This document shows, one piece after another, positions 14,678 to 21,879 of a stretch of DNA of 44,644 nt. Both the position numbers and the translations under genes were made by a program. Each line of letters starts with the position of its first letter. Position 1 is the first letter of the stretch. Origin of the DNA: a virus; IMG/VR virus record IMGVR_UViG_3300045988_101216. One strand, written 5' to 3'. The notes under the pieces were generated by a model, which worked only from the letters and a program-made list of their open reading frames with translations, was not told the DNA's origin and searched no databases.

Positions 14678-16309
14678 TTATGCTTGTGTTCCACGTCTCA
14701 TAAATACTGGCTCAAACGCGTATCTGAGAGCGTCTATAATATGGTTATCTGCGTCAGGATAGCCGGAAATAATGTTTCCGTCCTTATCCCGTTCGTATTC
14801 ATATTTTGTCAGTTCGTTATATGCGTTCGGCGTTCTCCTTCGGTCAATAACTATCTTCCTTTTCTGCAACCACTTCATTCCGTAATCCACAGAACCAGGC
14901 CCTTTGATTGCCGCCCGGGAGAATACACCTAAATCTTTGTAATCATTCACGGACTTTTTCTCGGCAGAATCACAGATAATGCAATAATCATTATAGCCTT
15001 TCTCCTTTATCCAGTCCGCTGTTACCGTGTTAGGCTCTTTGTTTGCGTAATGTTCATCTATCAGATAAATAGTTTCTCTCGCATGGTCGTAATATGCTCT
15101 GATAAAAGCATACGGGTCAGGAAACCATCCCCAGTCAACACCCTGGTATATCTTATCCATGTGGGATATTTCTTCGTCCGTGATTTCCTTAAGTTCTAAA
15201 TAATCAAATACGTTGCCGCCGTTACCATTGGCAACACCCTCATATTCGTTTTCATAGGCAGCAGGGTTCACCTTTTTCAGATGTTCAGCTTCGTTTATAA
15301 ATTCTTCGCCCAGCCATTCCTCCGGCACGTCTTTGTATGTGCTTCTTACAACCATTGCATCCGGGTTACTATATTCTGCTTCCTCGACATATTCATTTGC
15401 ATAATTGTTTTTGCTTTTGGGTGGGTTAAAGGATTTAAACCTATAAGCCTTATCTCCGCCGCGAATAGCGGACTGTTGAATACTTCTGATTTCTTCCAGC
15501 CCTGCAAATTGGTCAAATTCTTCAAACCATACTATCCCTATATAGCCAAATTCCGGTTTGATAGATTTAATTTTTAAAGGGTCATCTGCACCGCGGAAAT
15601 ATATCTTCTGCCCTGTGGGTTTATAAATAATCTCAAACGGAGATTTCTTAAACTGAAATCCTTGTTCCAGCTCAAGTGTTGCTATCGCCCATTTCATTTG
15701 TGCATACACGGAATCTTTAATGGTGTTTCCTACTTTACGAAGAATAAGAGCGTGCATGGACGGATTGTTTTTTATCAGTTCCAAGATAATACAGGATATT
15801 CCAGACGATTTTGTTGAACCACGGCCGCCAGGAAGCACATACTCCGAATGGTTTCCTTTGCGAATATCCCTAACCATTGGATGAAAAACATCTGCGATAA
15901 CATCAAGGTCAATGTGGTATGTGCCGCTCTGTCTCGCTTCTTCCAGTGCTTTCTTTTCAGCTTCTTTTTCCTCTTTGATAGTCAGAGCCTTTTCCAAATC
16001 ATTCATGGCTTTTAGCTGGTCTGAAAAATCCGGGGCAAAGCCAAAATCATCTTTTAATTCTCCCTTTGCCAGCTTAGAGCGGCGCTCCTGGATTTCCGTC
16101 AGGCTCATAATATCCCTTTTGGCTTTTTTCTCTATTTCTTGCTGGCGTTCGGCTATATAGTTCAAAATGCTATCATTTGCTATCAATCGTGCGGCATTTG
16201 CATTACTTCCTTTTTTGCGATACCCTGCTTTTCTGTATGCCTCGGCTGCATTTCCACCATTCTTCAGATATTCATCCGCAAAGGCTTTCTGCTTTGGTGT
16301 GAGATTCAT
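14678..16309 (-). CDS. Terminase: small-subunit-like HTH N-domain fused to a PBSX-type large subunit
   Basis: ORF track, 543 aa. The N-terminus MNLTPKQKAFADEYLKNGGNAAEAYRKAGY... is TerS (Terminase_2)-like. The Walker A motif GGRGSTKS appears at about residue 160, followed by a TerL body. Confidence 0.8.
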   Translation of the reverse strand: MNLTPKQKAFADEYLKNGGNAAEAYRKAGYRKKGSNANAARLIANDSILNYIAERQQEIEKKAKRDIMSLTEIQERRSKLAKGELKDDFGFAPDFSDQLKAMNDLEKALTIKEEKEAEKKALEEARQSGTYHIDLDVIADVFHPMVRDIRKGNHSEYVLPGGRGSTKSSGISCIILELIKNNPSMHALILRKVGNTIKDSVYAQMKWAIATLELEQGFQFKKSPFEIIYKPTGQKIYFRGADDPLKIKSIKPEFGYIGIVWFEEFDQFAGLEEIRSIQQSAIRGGDKAYRFKSFNPPKSKNNYANEYVEEAEYSNPDAMVVRSTYKDVPEEWLGEEFINEAEHLKKVNPAAYENEYEGVANGNGGNVFDYLELKEITDEEISHMDKIYQGVDWGWFPDPYAFIRAYYDHARETIYLIDEHYANKEPNTVTADWIKEKGYNDYCIICDSAEKKSVNDYKDLGVFSRAAIKGPGSVDYGMKWLQKRKIVIDRRRTPNAYNELTKYEYERDKDGNIISGYPDADNHIIDALRYAFEPVFMRRGTQA

Positions 16310-16489
16310 TTACCCACCGTCCTTACAATTCCATTTATATATTCTTGGGCAACCAAAGGAGCATGTGCCAATCAAAGTTGACGTTAATATTTGAGTTTTG
16401 CAAGCAGGATTCTTGCAAAACCATGCACTATCATATTTGCACCTTGTTCCTTTTTCGCCATTTCCTTTGCAGCTTATCTTTTCATTCAT
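16310..16489 (-). CDS. Cys-rich small protein (59 aa)
   Basis: ORF track 16310..16507. Start moved to the ATG at 16489 (MNEKISCKGNGEKGTRCKYDSAWFCKNPACK). Confidence 0.4.
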   Translation of the reverse strand: MNEKISCKGNGEKGTRCKYDSAWFCKNPACKTQILTSTLIGTCSFGCPRIYKWNCKDGG

Positions 16490-16740
16490 TCTCTCACCGC
16501 CTGCCATATATCATTTAAACAATTCACAATTTCTATCTGAGACGCACTCCGCAATATTTCATAATCTTTTTCTTTCCATTCGTCACGTTGATTCTTCTGC
16601 AATACCCGTGTGCTGAGAATATATATAGTTATCATGCGTTTCTGCTCTGCGCTATAAAACTGCGTAGAACCTATCTTGATAATAAGACCCTTTTGAATGA
16701 TCGCCCTTTGCAGCTTTCGCATTATGCTATTCAAGTTCAT
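16486..16740 (-). CDS. Hypothetical protein (84 aa)
   Basis: ORF track 16486..16836. Start moved to the ATG at 16740 (MNLNSIMRKLQ) so that the gene does not run through the tRNA-like element. Confidence 0.4.
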   Translation of the reverse strand: MNLNSIMRKLQRAIIQKGLIIKIGSTQFYSAEQKRMITIYILSTRVLQKNQRDEWKEKDYEILRSASQIEIVNCLNDIWQAVRE

Positions 16741-16778
16741 TTTTTCTCCAACAAAAAAGGGAACCCATTTCTGGATTC

Positions 16779-16858
16779 CCGTAACAAGTGCCCGGATTTG
16801 AACCGGGGTCCATACGCTATTGCGTTGCTTCTCCATCCTGAGCTACTACTTGTTACGG
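16779..16858 (-). other. Degenerate tRNA-like element (T-arm and D-arm present, anticodon arm truncated)
   Basis: Minus strand CCGTAACAAGTAGTAGCTCAGGATGGAGAAGCAACGCAATAGCGTATGGACCCCGGTTCAAATCCGGGCACTTGTTACGG. It has an 11-bp closing stem, a TAGCTCAGGATGG D-arm and a GGTTCAAATCC T-arm. The anticodon position holds only ACGC-AATA-GCGT. Confidence 0.5.
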
Positions 16859-17241
16859 TGATTGTACCATATCTTTTTTATTCTTTCAATCAGCTCTTTT
16901 TCCTTTTGGTTTATACCTCTATCTCCAATTTCATTATGTTCATATCCAATATGCGCATGGGGTTTTTCACCCATGCCATTTATACGATGAAAATGTAGTA
17001 AGTCAATTTGTTTGTACCTTTCATTTTCTGAATCGTAGAAACTAATACTTTTTAAGTCATTTTTATTTCCTACTGTTACATAAATTCGTCCTCTACTTTG
17101 GGTTTCCATTGGTGCTGACACTGAACCCTCATTCTTTTTTACAAACTTAATATTTCCAGACTGCAAAACTGTTTTGTATTCAGTTCCATATCGCTTCCCC
17201 TTATCGCTAATTCCGCTGGAAGCACCTCTGCCTCCCATCAT
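16846..17241 (-). CDS. Hypothetical protein (131 aa) with His-rich C-terminal motif
   Basis: ORF track. MMGGRGASSG...RIYVTVGNKNDLKSISFYDSENERYKQIDLLHFH...PHAHIGYEH. Confidence 0.45.
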   Translation of the reverse strand: MMGGRGASSGISDKGKRYGTEYKTVLQSGNIKFVKKNEGSVSAPMETQSRGRIYVTVGNKNDLKSISFYDSENERYKQIDLLHFHRINGMGEKPHAHIGYEHNEIGDRGINQKEKELIERIKKIWYNHRNK

Positions 17242-17858
17242 TTCACCTCTTTAAACTTCTCACTGTATGGTTTTATCTGTACAATACTTCCGTCACATTC
17301 TTCCGGTATCTGTCCGTAGAATATAATTGTTTCCGGGTGCAACCTGTCTATCATTTCCCGGTATCCGGCCATAAATAACTCCTTTCGTTTTTTACTGTTC
17401 ATACAGCCGACCGAAGATACCGCTACCACGCCACCAACCGGCTCACCATCAAAACACCACTCAAAAGATTCTGGTGTGCTCCATGATATTGTCGGAATTA
17501 CGTTTATATCATACATCTGCAAATATGCCCCTACCCAATGTTTGCGGTAATGATTGTATATCTGTATTGATTTGGGGAAATCGGTGTATGTACTGAAATC
17601 AGGAGACATTACACAATCAAACTCTAACAGCATATCTATGTACCGATCTGGTGCATTCCATAGTCGGTTAAATTGATAATCATCTATGAAGAAATGAACT
17701 CCTTTTCCTGTCTTATCCTTACAGCCTTTTGCATAGTTGAACGGAATAAAATCGCACTTTTTGTATGATGTAAGTTTTATTTCTGGTATGCCATACTCTC
17801 CCACGCCTTCAAATATCATTCTTTGCAAATTTTCATAATTCTTCTGACTTCGATACAT
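17238..17858 (-). CDS. DUF4417-like protein
   Basis: ORF track 17238..17876. Start moved to the ATG at 17858 behind GGGGTGA. GVHFFIDDYQFNRLWNAPDRY...SPDFSTYTDFP...IYNHYRKHW matches the remembered DUF4417 pattern. Confidence 0.6.
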   Translation of the reverse strand: MYRSQKNYENLQRMIFEGVGEYGIPEIKLTSYKKCDFIPFNYAKGCKDKTGKGVHFFIDDYQFNRLWNAPDRYIDMLLEFDCVMSPDFSTYTDFPKSIQIYNHYRKHWVGAYLQMYDINVIPTISWSTPESFEWCFDGEPVGGVVAVSSVGCMNSKKRKELFMAGYREMIDRLHPETIIFYGQIPEECDGSIVQIKPYSEKFKEVK

Positions 17859-17953
17859 ACAAATCACCCCACACACAGTATTCTTAATTATATTTTACCG
17901 CATGTGGGGTGGTTTCGTTGTACCCATATTTATTAACTTTTTCTATTTTCTTC

Positions 17954-17982
17954 TTGACTTTACGCTAATATTAGCGTATAAT
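17954..17982 (+). promoter_or_regulatory. Consensus sigma-A promoter with embedded 16-bp perfect palindrome
   Basis: TTGACT (17954-17959), 17 nt spacer, TATAAT (17977-17982). The palindrome ACGCTAATATTAGCGT occupies 17962-17977. Confidence 0.8.
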
Positions 17983-18014
17983 ATAATTAAAGATAAGGAA
18001 AGGGGATCACCACA

Positions 18015-18341
18015 ATGACAAAGAGAGAGGCTATCGAAAATATCATAAGCAGAATCGAGGAGATCAGAGAGAATTCCGAATATGAATACATCGGCGTAAG
18101 AGTGCAGGAAAACGAGTTTACAAAAGGTGAAATCCTTGATAACTCTTTTGTATGGGTTGATGGAGAAATGACCGATGAAGAACTTGACGGAACATGTGCA
18201 GTAAAGCTGGAAGATGTTGAACTGGCAAAGGGATATTTTGGTGACCACGTTGCAGTCATTGGCGGTGACTCTATGGAATACGGACAAGATCTCGGCGAGA
18301 TCATTATCCGTGATGCGGAGGTTTTGGAGGTACTTGCATAA
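18015..18341 (+). CDS. Small strongly acidic protein (108 aa); anti-defence / DNA-mimic candidate
   Basis: ORF track. By hand count 19 Glu + 9 Asp against 9 Lys/Arg. First gene behind the palindrome-bearing promoter. Confidence 0.6.
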   Translation: MTKREAIENIISRIEEIRENSEYEYIGVRVQENEFTKGEILDNSFVWVDGEMTDEELDGTCAVKLEDVELAKGYFGDHVAVIGGDSMEYGQDLGEIIIRDAEVLEVLA

Positions 18342-18622
18342 TGAAAAAGTATCCTGATTGTATCAGATCAGACGGAATGTGCGGTATATGTTCTCTAGTA
18401 ATCAGAGGTCTTGACTGTCACAACAATAAAATCAATGGTCTGTTGTACCAGCGCAGCAACATGGGAATGACCCAGAAAGACCTGGCAGAGAAGTCCGGAG
18501 TAAATATCCGGCAGATCCAGCGCTATGAATCCGGAACATCCGGATGTGGAAACATGACTCTAAAAAATGCGATTGCCATTGCTGACGTCCTGGAATGTGA
18601 TGTACGAGATTTATTAAATTAA
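18341..18622 (+). CDS. XRE-type HTH regulator with Cys-rich N-terminus
   Basis: ORF track. MTQKDLAEKSGVNIRQIQRYESG...LKNAIAIADVLECDVRDLL. Its start overlaps the upstream stop (TAATGA). Confidence 0.75.
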   Translation: MKKYPDCIRSDGMCGICSLVIRGLDCHNNKINGLLYQRSNMGMTQKDLAEKSGVNIRQIQRYESGTSGCGNMTLKNAIAIADVLECDVRDLLN

Positions 18623-18638
18623 AAAGGGGATGAGAGTC

Positions 18639-19274
18639 ATGAGCGATCTTACCGGAAAAAGATTTGGAAAATTGACCGTATTGAGTAAGACATGTGACAA
18701 GAAAAACGGATCTTATCTTTATAAATGTAAATGCGATTGTGGTAATATAAAAATGGCAACAGCTAGAGATCTTGGATCTAAACGAGTTCAAAGCTGTGGT
18801 TGTTCAAAAGGATTTCATAGGAATTTGGTTGGACAGAGATTTGGAAAGCTTACTGTTATAGAAGACTCCGGAGAAAAGCAGAAGAATGTCCGTATGTGGA
18901 CTTGTAAATGTGATTGTGGAAACATTGTAAATATACGAACAGATTCTTTAACCGGCGGAAAAGTTGTGAGCTGTGGATGTGGTAAAAAAAACGAAGAAAA
19001 AGCTAAGCAGCTTTTGTCCGGAAGGAATATTGTCGATCATACATCTGAGGTATTTTTTAAGGGAACAATCTCAAAAAACAATCATACAGGTGTAAATGGA
19101 GTATGTCTTTCTAAAGGTCGGTATATTGCGTATATTGGATATAAAGGAAAAACATACCGACTACTAACGACAACAGATTTTGATAAAGCAGTACAAGCAC
19201 GAAAAGAAGCAGAACAGCATATATTTAAAGATTTTGAGGAGTGGTATGGAAAATGGAAAACAATAAGAAAATAA
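18639..19274 (+). CDS. AP2-type DNA-binding protein with duplicated CxCDCGN...SCGC modules (no HNH motif)
   Basis: ORF track 18630..19274. Start moved to the ATG at 18639. Two GxRFGKLTV...C.CDCGN...SCGC units plus an AP2-like RYIAYIGYKGKTYRLLTTTDFDKAVQARKEAE. Paralogue of the N-terminus and AP2 part of 10656..11327. Confidence 0.65.
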   Translation: MSDLTGKRFGKLTVLSKTCDKKNGSYLYKCKCDCGNIKMATARDLGSKRVQSCGCSKGFHRNLVGQRFGKLTVIEDSGEKQKNVRMWTCKCDCGNIVNIRTDSLTGGKVVSCGCGKKNEEKAKQLLSGRNIVDHTSEVFFKGTISKNNHTGVNGVCLSKGRYIAYIGYKGKTYRLLTTTDFDKAVQARKEAEQHIFKDFEEWYGKWKTIRK

Positions 19275-19513
19275 TAAATCTCATTGAAAGCGCTTTGGAA
19301 TATGATGATTATGATTTTAGAATCAATTTTTTAGTTGGCGGAATGATGTCTGCCGATTCAAACGATACGCAAGAAAAGATTAAAAATAATGAAAACTGGC
19401 TGTCTATAATCGCTGAATATGCCAGAAATTATGTTGGTTCTCCAGAAAAAGAATCATACTTTTCTCATCTGTCAGAATCAATAAAAGAATTTTTAAACAG
19501 CCCCGGTGAGTAA
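19253..19513 (+). CDS. Hypothetical acidic protein (86 aa)
   Basis: ORF track 19241..19513 (GTG). ATG at 19253 preferred, behind GAGGAG. Confidence 0.45.
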   Translation: MENNKKIINLIESALEYDDYDFRINFLVGGMMSADSNDTQEKIKNNENWLSIIAEYARNYVGSPEKESYFSHLSESIKEFLNSPGE

Positions 19514-19524
19514 ACATCGGGGCT
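19499..19524. terminator. Hairpin at the convergence of the plus operon and the minus early genes
   Basis: AGCCCCG (19499-19505) pairs with CGGGGCT (19518-19524). Flanked by A/T-rich runs on both sides. Confidence 0.5.
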
Positions 19525-19532
19525 ATATTTGA

Positions 19533-19826
19533 CTATACAATCTGCTTTCCAGTCAATATCATATACCTGTTATATGTCTCTATCGTCTTCCGGCGGTATC
19601 CCTGGAAATCCTTACGCTGCATTGGAATGTTACCCATTCGGTCGTAACCAAGACCGGTAGTCAGGTTCAGGAAGAGATACGGCGCGATCTCAGGGTATGT
19701 GTTCTGCGCTGCCTCTAATAGCAAGCGCTGTTCATAGCCTTTTGCTTTGCGGCAATACGCAATAATCTTTCCCACATCCTCTTCTGATAGTCCGTAATCT
19801 TTTAAGTATGTATCACGTACACTCAT
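19533..19826 (-). CDS. Hypothetical protein (97 aa)
   Basis: ORF track. Confidence 0.45.
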   Translation of the reverse strand: MSVRDTYLKDYGLSEEDVGKIIAYCRKAKGYEQRLLLEAAQNTYPEIAPYLFLNLTTGLGYDRMGNIPMQRKDFQGYRRKTIETYNRYMILTGKQIV

Positions 19827-19830
19827 TTGA

Positions 19831-20037
19831 CTACTCCTTCCCTAAAATTTCATCAATACTGGCGTTCCAGCCACCAGTCCTCGGACACCAATCTGGTTTT
19901 TCTTCAGTAAGATTCTTCTCCGTTATTTCTTTTTGCAATCCCATACACCTGTATTCTATTGGTACGGTTGCTTTTGCAAACCAAAATTTACATTGGTTGC
20001 ATCTTTCCGGCATATCCACCACAATAATTCCCTTCAT
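19831..20037 (-). CDS. Hypothetical Cys-containing protein (68 aa)
   Basis: ORF track. CNQCKFW...DWCP pattern. Confidence 0.45.
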   Translation of the reverse strand: MKGIIVVDMPERCNQCKFWFAKATVPIEYRCMGLQKEITEKNLTEEKPDWCPRTGGWNASIDEILGKE

Positions 20038-20312
20038 TCAATCCCGCCTTTCTCGACAATCTCTATCGCCTTATTAAATACGCAAGCCATACAATCATTT
20101 TCTCTACATTCTTCTCCGAAGCAGTCTTTACTTGCAGGTGATAGCATAATCTGTTTACATTTGTCCAGTTCCTCGATCACCTTTTCCTTGTCAAAAGCGG
20201 CAGGCTGACTGTCGATTAGTCTCTGTGCTCCGTCTATTATGTCTCTTGCAAATTCCGAATTACCGCCAAACACCTTTTTAAAATCTATCTTGTCAGCGTC
20301 AATCAGTCTCAT
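20034..20312 (-). CDS. Hypothetical protein (92 aa)
   Basis: ORF track. Overlapping start and stop with both neighbours. Confidence 0.45.
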   Translation of the reverse strand: MRLIDADKIDFKKVFGGNSEFARDIIDGAQRLIDSQPAAFDKEKVIEELDKCKQIMLSPASKDCFGEECRENDCMACVFNKAIEIVEKGGIE

Positions 20313-20763
20313 TCTTCCTCACTCCTTTCCGGCGGTATGGCTCTGGAAGTGGCTGCCATGCTGTCAAAATATGGTTTGCGTTATTCACTTTATTCGGCAA
20401 CCTTACAATTTGGGGCTTATCCCCTCTGTCAAAATCTATTTCTCTGTCCAAATATCTATCTGTCATAAACCAAATAAGAACATACCAGCTTTCACAATCC
20501 GGGTTGTACCATCCTTCTGTCACCCCATATTTTGTCATTACATAATATTTCGGGCAAAAATCACCTTTGCGTTTGGCGTTTGGTGGAAGCTCACGCTCCA
20601 CTGGAATCCATCCGTCATTCATGTGCTTGCGGATGATTTCTTGCACTATGAAAATACAACTATTCCAATGTCTAGCAAGCATCTTACTCTTTATATCCGA
20701 ATACTCATCAACATCTGCCCTTTCATCCTCTATCTCTTCCAGAATCTTCTCTAATTCCTGCAT
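20299..20763 (-). CDS. DUF551-like protein
   Basis: ORF track. Contains DGWIPVERELPPN and the C-terminal TAWQPLPEPY motif. Confidence 0.55.
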   Translation of the reverse strand: MQELEKILEEIEDERADVDEYSDIKSKMLARHWNSCIFIVQEIIRKHMNDGWIPVERELPPNAKRKGDFCPKYYVMTKYGVTEGWYNPDCESWYVLIWFMTDRYLDREIDFDRGDKPQIVRLPNKVNNANHILTAWQPLPEPYRRKGVRKNETD

Positions 20764-20774
20764 GTCAGTCCTCC

Positions 20775-20879
20775 CTATTTCCTACTCAAAAACGTCCGCA
20801 GCATCCGCTCCCGATAATCCATTTTTTTCTGCTGCTCTTCTACTTCTTTGATCGTCCGGTCAAGCTTATACTCCATCAT
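20775..20879 (-). CDS. Small hypothetical protein (34 aa)
   Basis: Manual translation MMEYKLDRTIKEVEEQQKKMDYRERMLRTFLSRK. Fills the gap between two genes. Confidence 0.3.
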   Translation of the reverse strand: MMEYKLDRTIKEVEEQQKKMDYRERMLRTFLSRK

Positions 20880-20882
20880 CGG

Positions 20883-21125
20883 CTACACATCATCCTCAAT
20901 CCCTAGCAAATATTCCACCTGCGGAGCCACATTCTTTACGTCCGCGATCTCTTCGATCACAGGGCGTTTATCCCCTGTCAGAACATACTTGCTCAATGCC
21001 TGAACCAGCTCGCCGCACTCCTCTGCCAGCTTCCAAATCTGCTTTTCCTGGTAGTGGTCTGCGATCTGGCGAAGCTTCTGCTGCCGTTCATCAATCATGT
21101 TTTCAATCTCAATCATTCTTATCAC
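20883..21125 (-). CDS. MazG-like nucleotide pyrophosphohydrolase (short form)
   Basis: ORF track, 80 aa. KLAEECGELVQAL...VIEEIADV resembles the MazG EExxE/ADV pattern. Confidence 0.55.
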   Translation of the reverse strand: MIRMIEIENMIDERQQKLRQIADHYQEKQIWKLAEECGELVQALSKYVLTGDKRPVIEEIADVKNVAPQVEYLLGIEDDV

Positions 21126-21409
21126 CCTTTCTCTGGATATAGCCGTAAAACATCGTATAATCTCGATACAGCCTTTTGATTGCTTTCCTCAACCAATTTT
21201 ACATATTCATCCAGATTAACCGTGGAATCGTCCATAATCGCTTTTTGTCGCTCTTCCAGATATCTTTCCGCCAAAGCTGTCATGCTGCCATAATACCCAA
21301 CCGTACGATCTATCTCTTTTCCACTCTTCTTTGCTATACATTTCTCTTTCAAAATATAATTTAACCGGTCCGTTTCAATAAAGTATTTCTCATCAATGAT
21401 GATTCTCAT
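21122..21409 (-). CDS. Hypothetical protein (95 aa)
   Basis: ORF track. Confidence 0.45.
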   Translation of the reverse strand: MRIIIDEKYFIETDRLNYILKEKCIAKKSGKEIDRTVGYYGSMTALAERYLEERQKAIMDDSTVNLDEYVKLVEESNQKAVSRLYDVLRLYPEKG

Positions 21410-21425
21410 ACGTTCACCTCTTGCC

Positions 21426-21656
21426 TTATCCTTTTTTCAATTTTTGATATTTTTCATTAAGATATTTTGCGTATGCTACGATTTGCCCCTTGCAAAAGTC
21501 TGTGGGATATTTTTCATAAAGCCGATTCGCGTAATCACTTAGCCCTTTCCAGTACTCATCTGCATCCTCTGGAATCCAAAATTTCTTTACCATATCCCAA
21601 AATTCTGTCATAAACCTGGCTTCTAATGGGATGTCCTGTTTATTTACACCTGCCAT
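21426..21656 (-). CDS. Hypothetical protein (76 aa)
   Basis: ORF track 21426..21749. Start moved to the ATG at 21656 (MAGVNKQDIP) behind TTAGGAGGACAG. Confidence 0.45.
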   Translation of the reverse strand: MAGVNKQDIPLEARFMTEFWDMVKKFWIPEDADEYWKGLSDYANRLYEKYPTDFCKGQIVAYAKYLNEKYQKLKKG

Positions 21657-21696
21657 CTGTCCTCCTAAGATACACAAGTTACCATTTTCTTTTTTT

Positions 21697-21878
21697 GGTA
21701 ACACTTTTTGTGTGCCCTTAAAATCCCTTGTTTTTACTGTATTTTTCATGCTTCTTATTCTTTGGTTACACGGTTACACCCTATTTCTCTATATAGGACA
21801 AAAACAAAAGAAATGATTTCATTTTTTTATTTTATATATAGGGCGAAAAATTTCATGTAACCGGTGTAACGTGTAACC
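21697..21878. repeat. GGT(T/A)ACAC iterons in inverted arrays flanking an AT-rich core
   Basis: GGTAACAC at 21697-21704. GGTTACACGGTTACAC at 21764-21779. Inverted GTAACCGGTGTAACGTGTAACC at 21857-21878. About 75 bp of A/T-rich DNA lies between the arms. Confidence 0.7.
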
Positions 21879-21879
21879 C

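Noticed and set aside
17943-18304. Two overlapping minus-strand ORFs (114 and 105 aa)
   Set aside because: They are antisense to 18015..18341, which has a consensus promoter and RBS. They are Ser/Phe/Cys-rich with no RBS.
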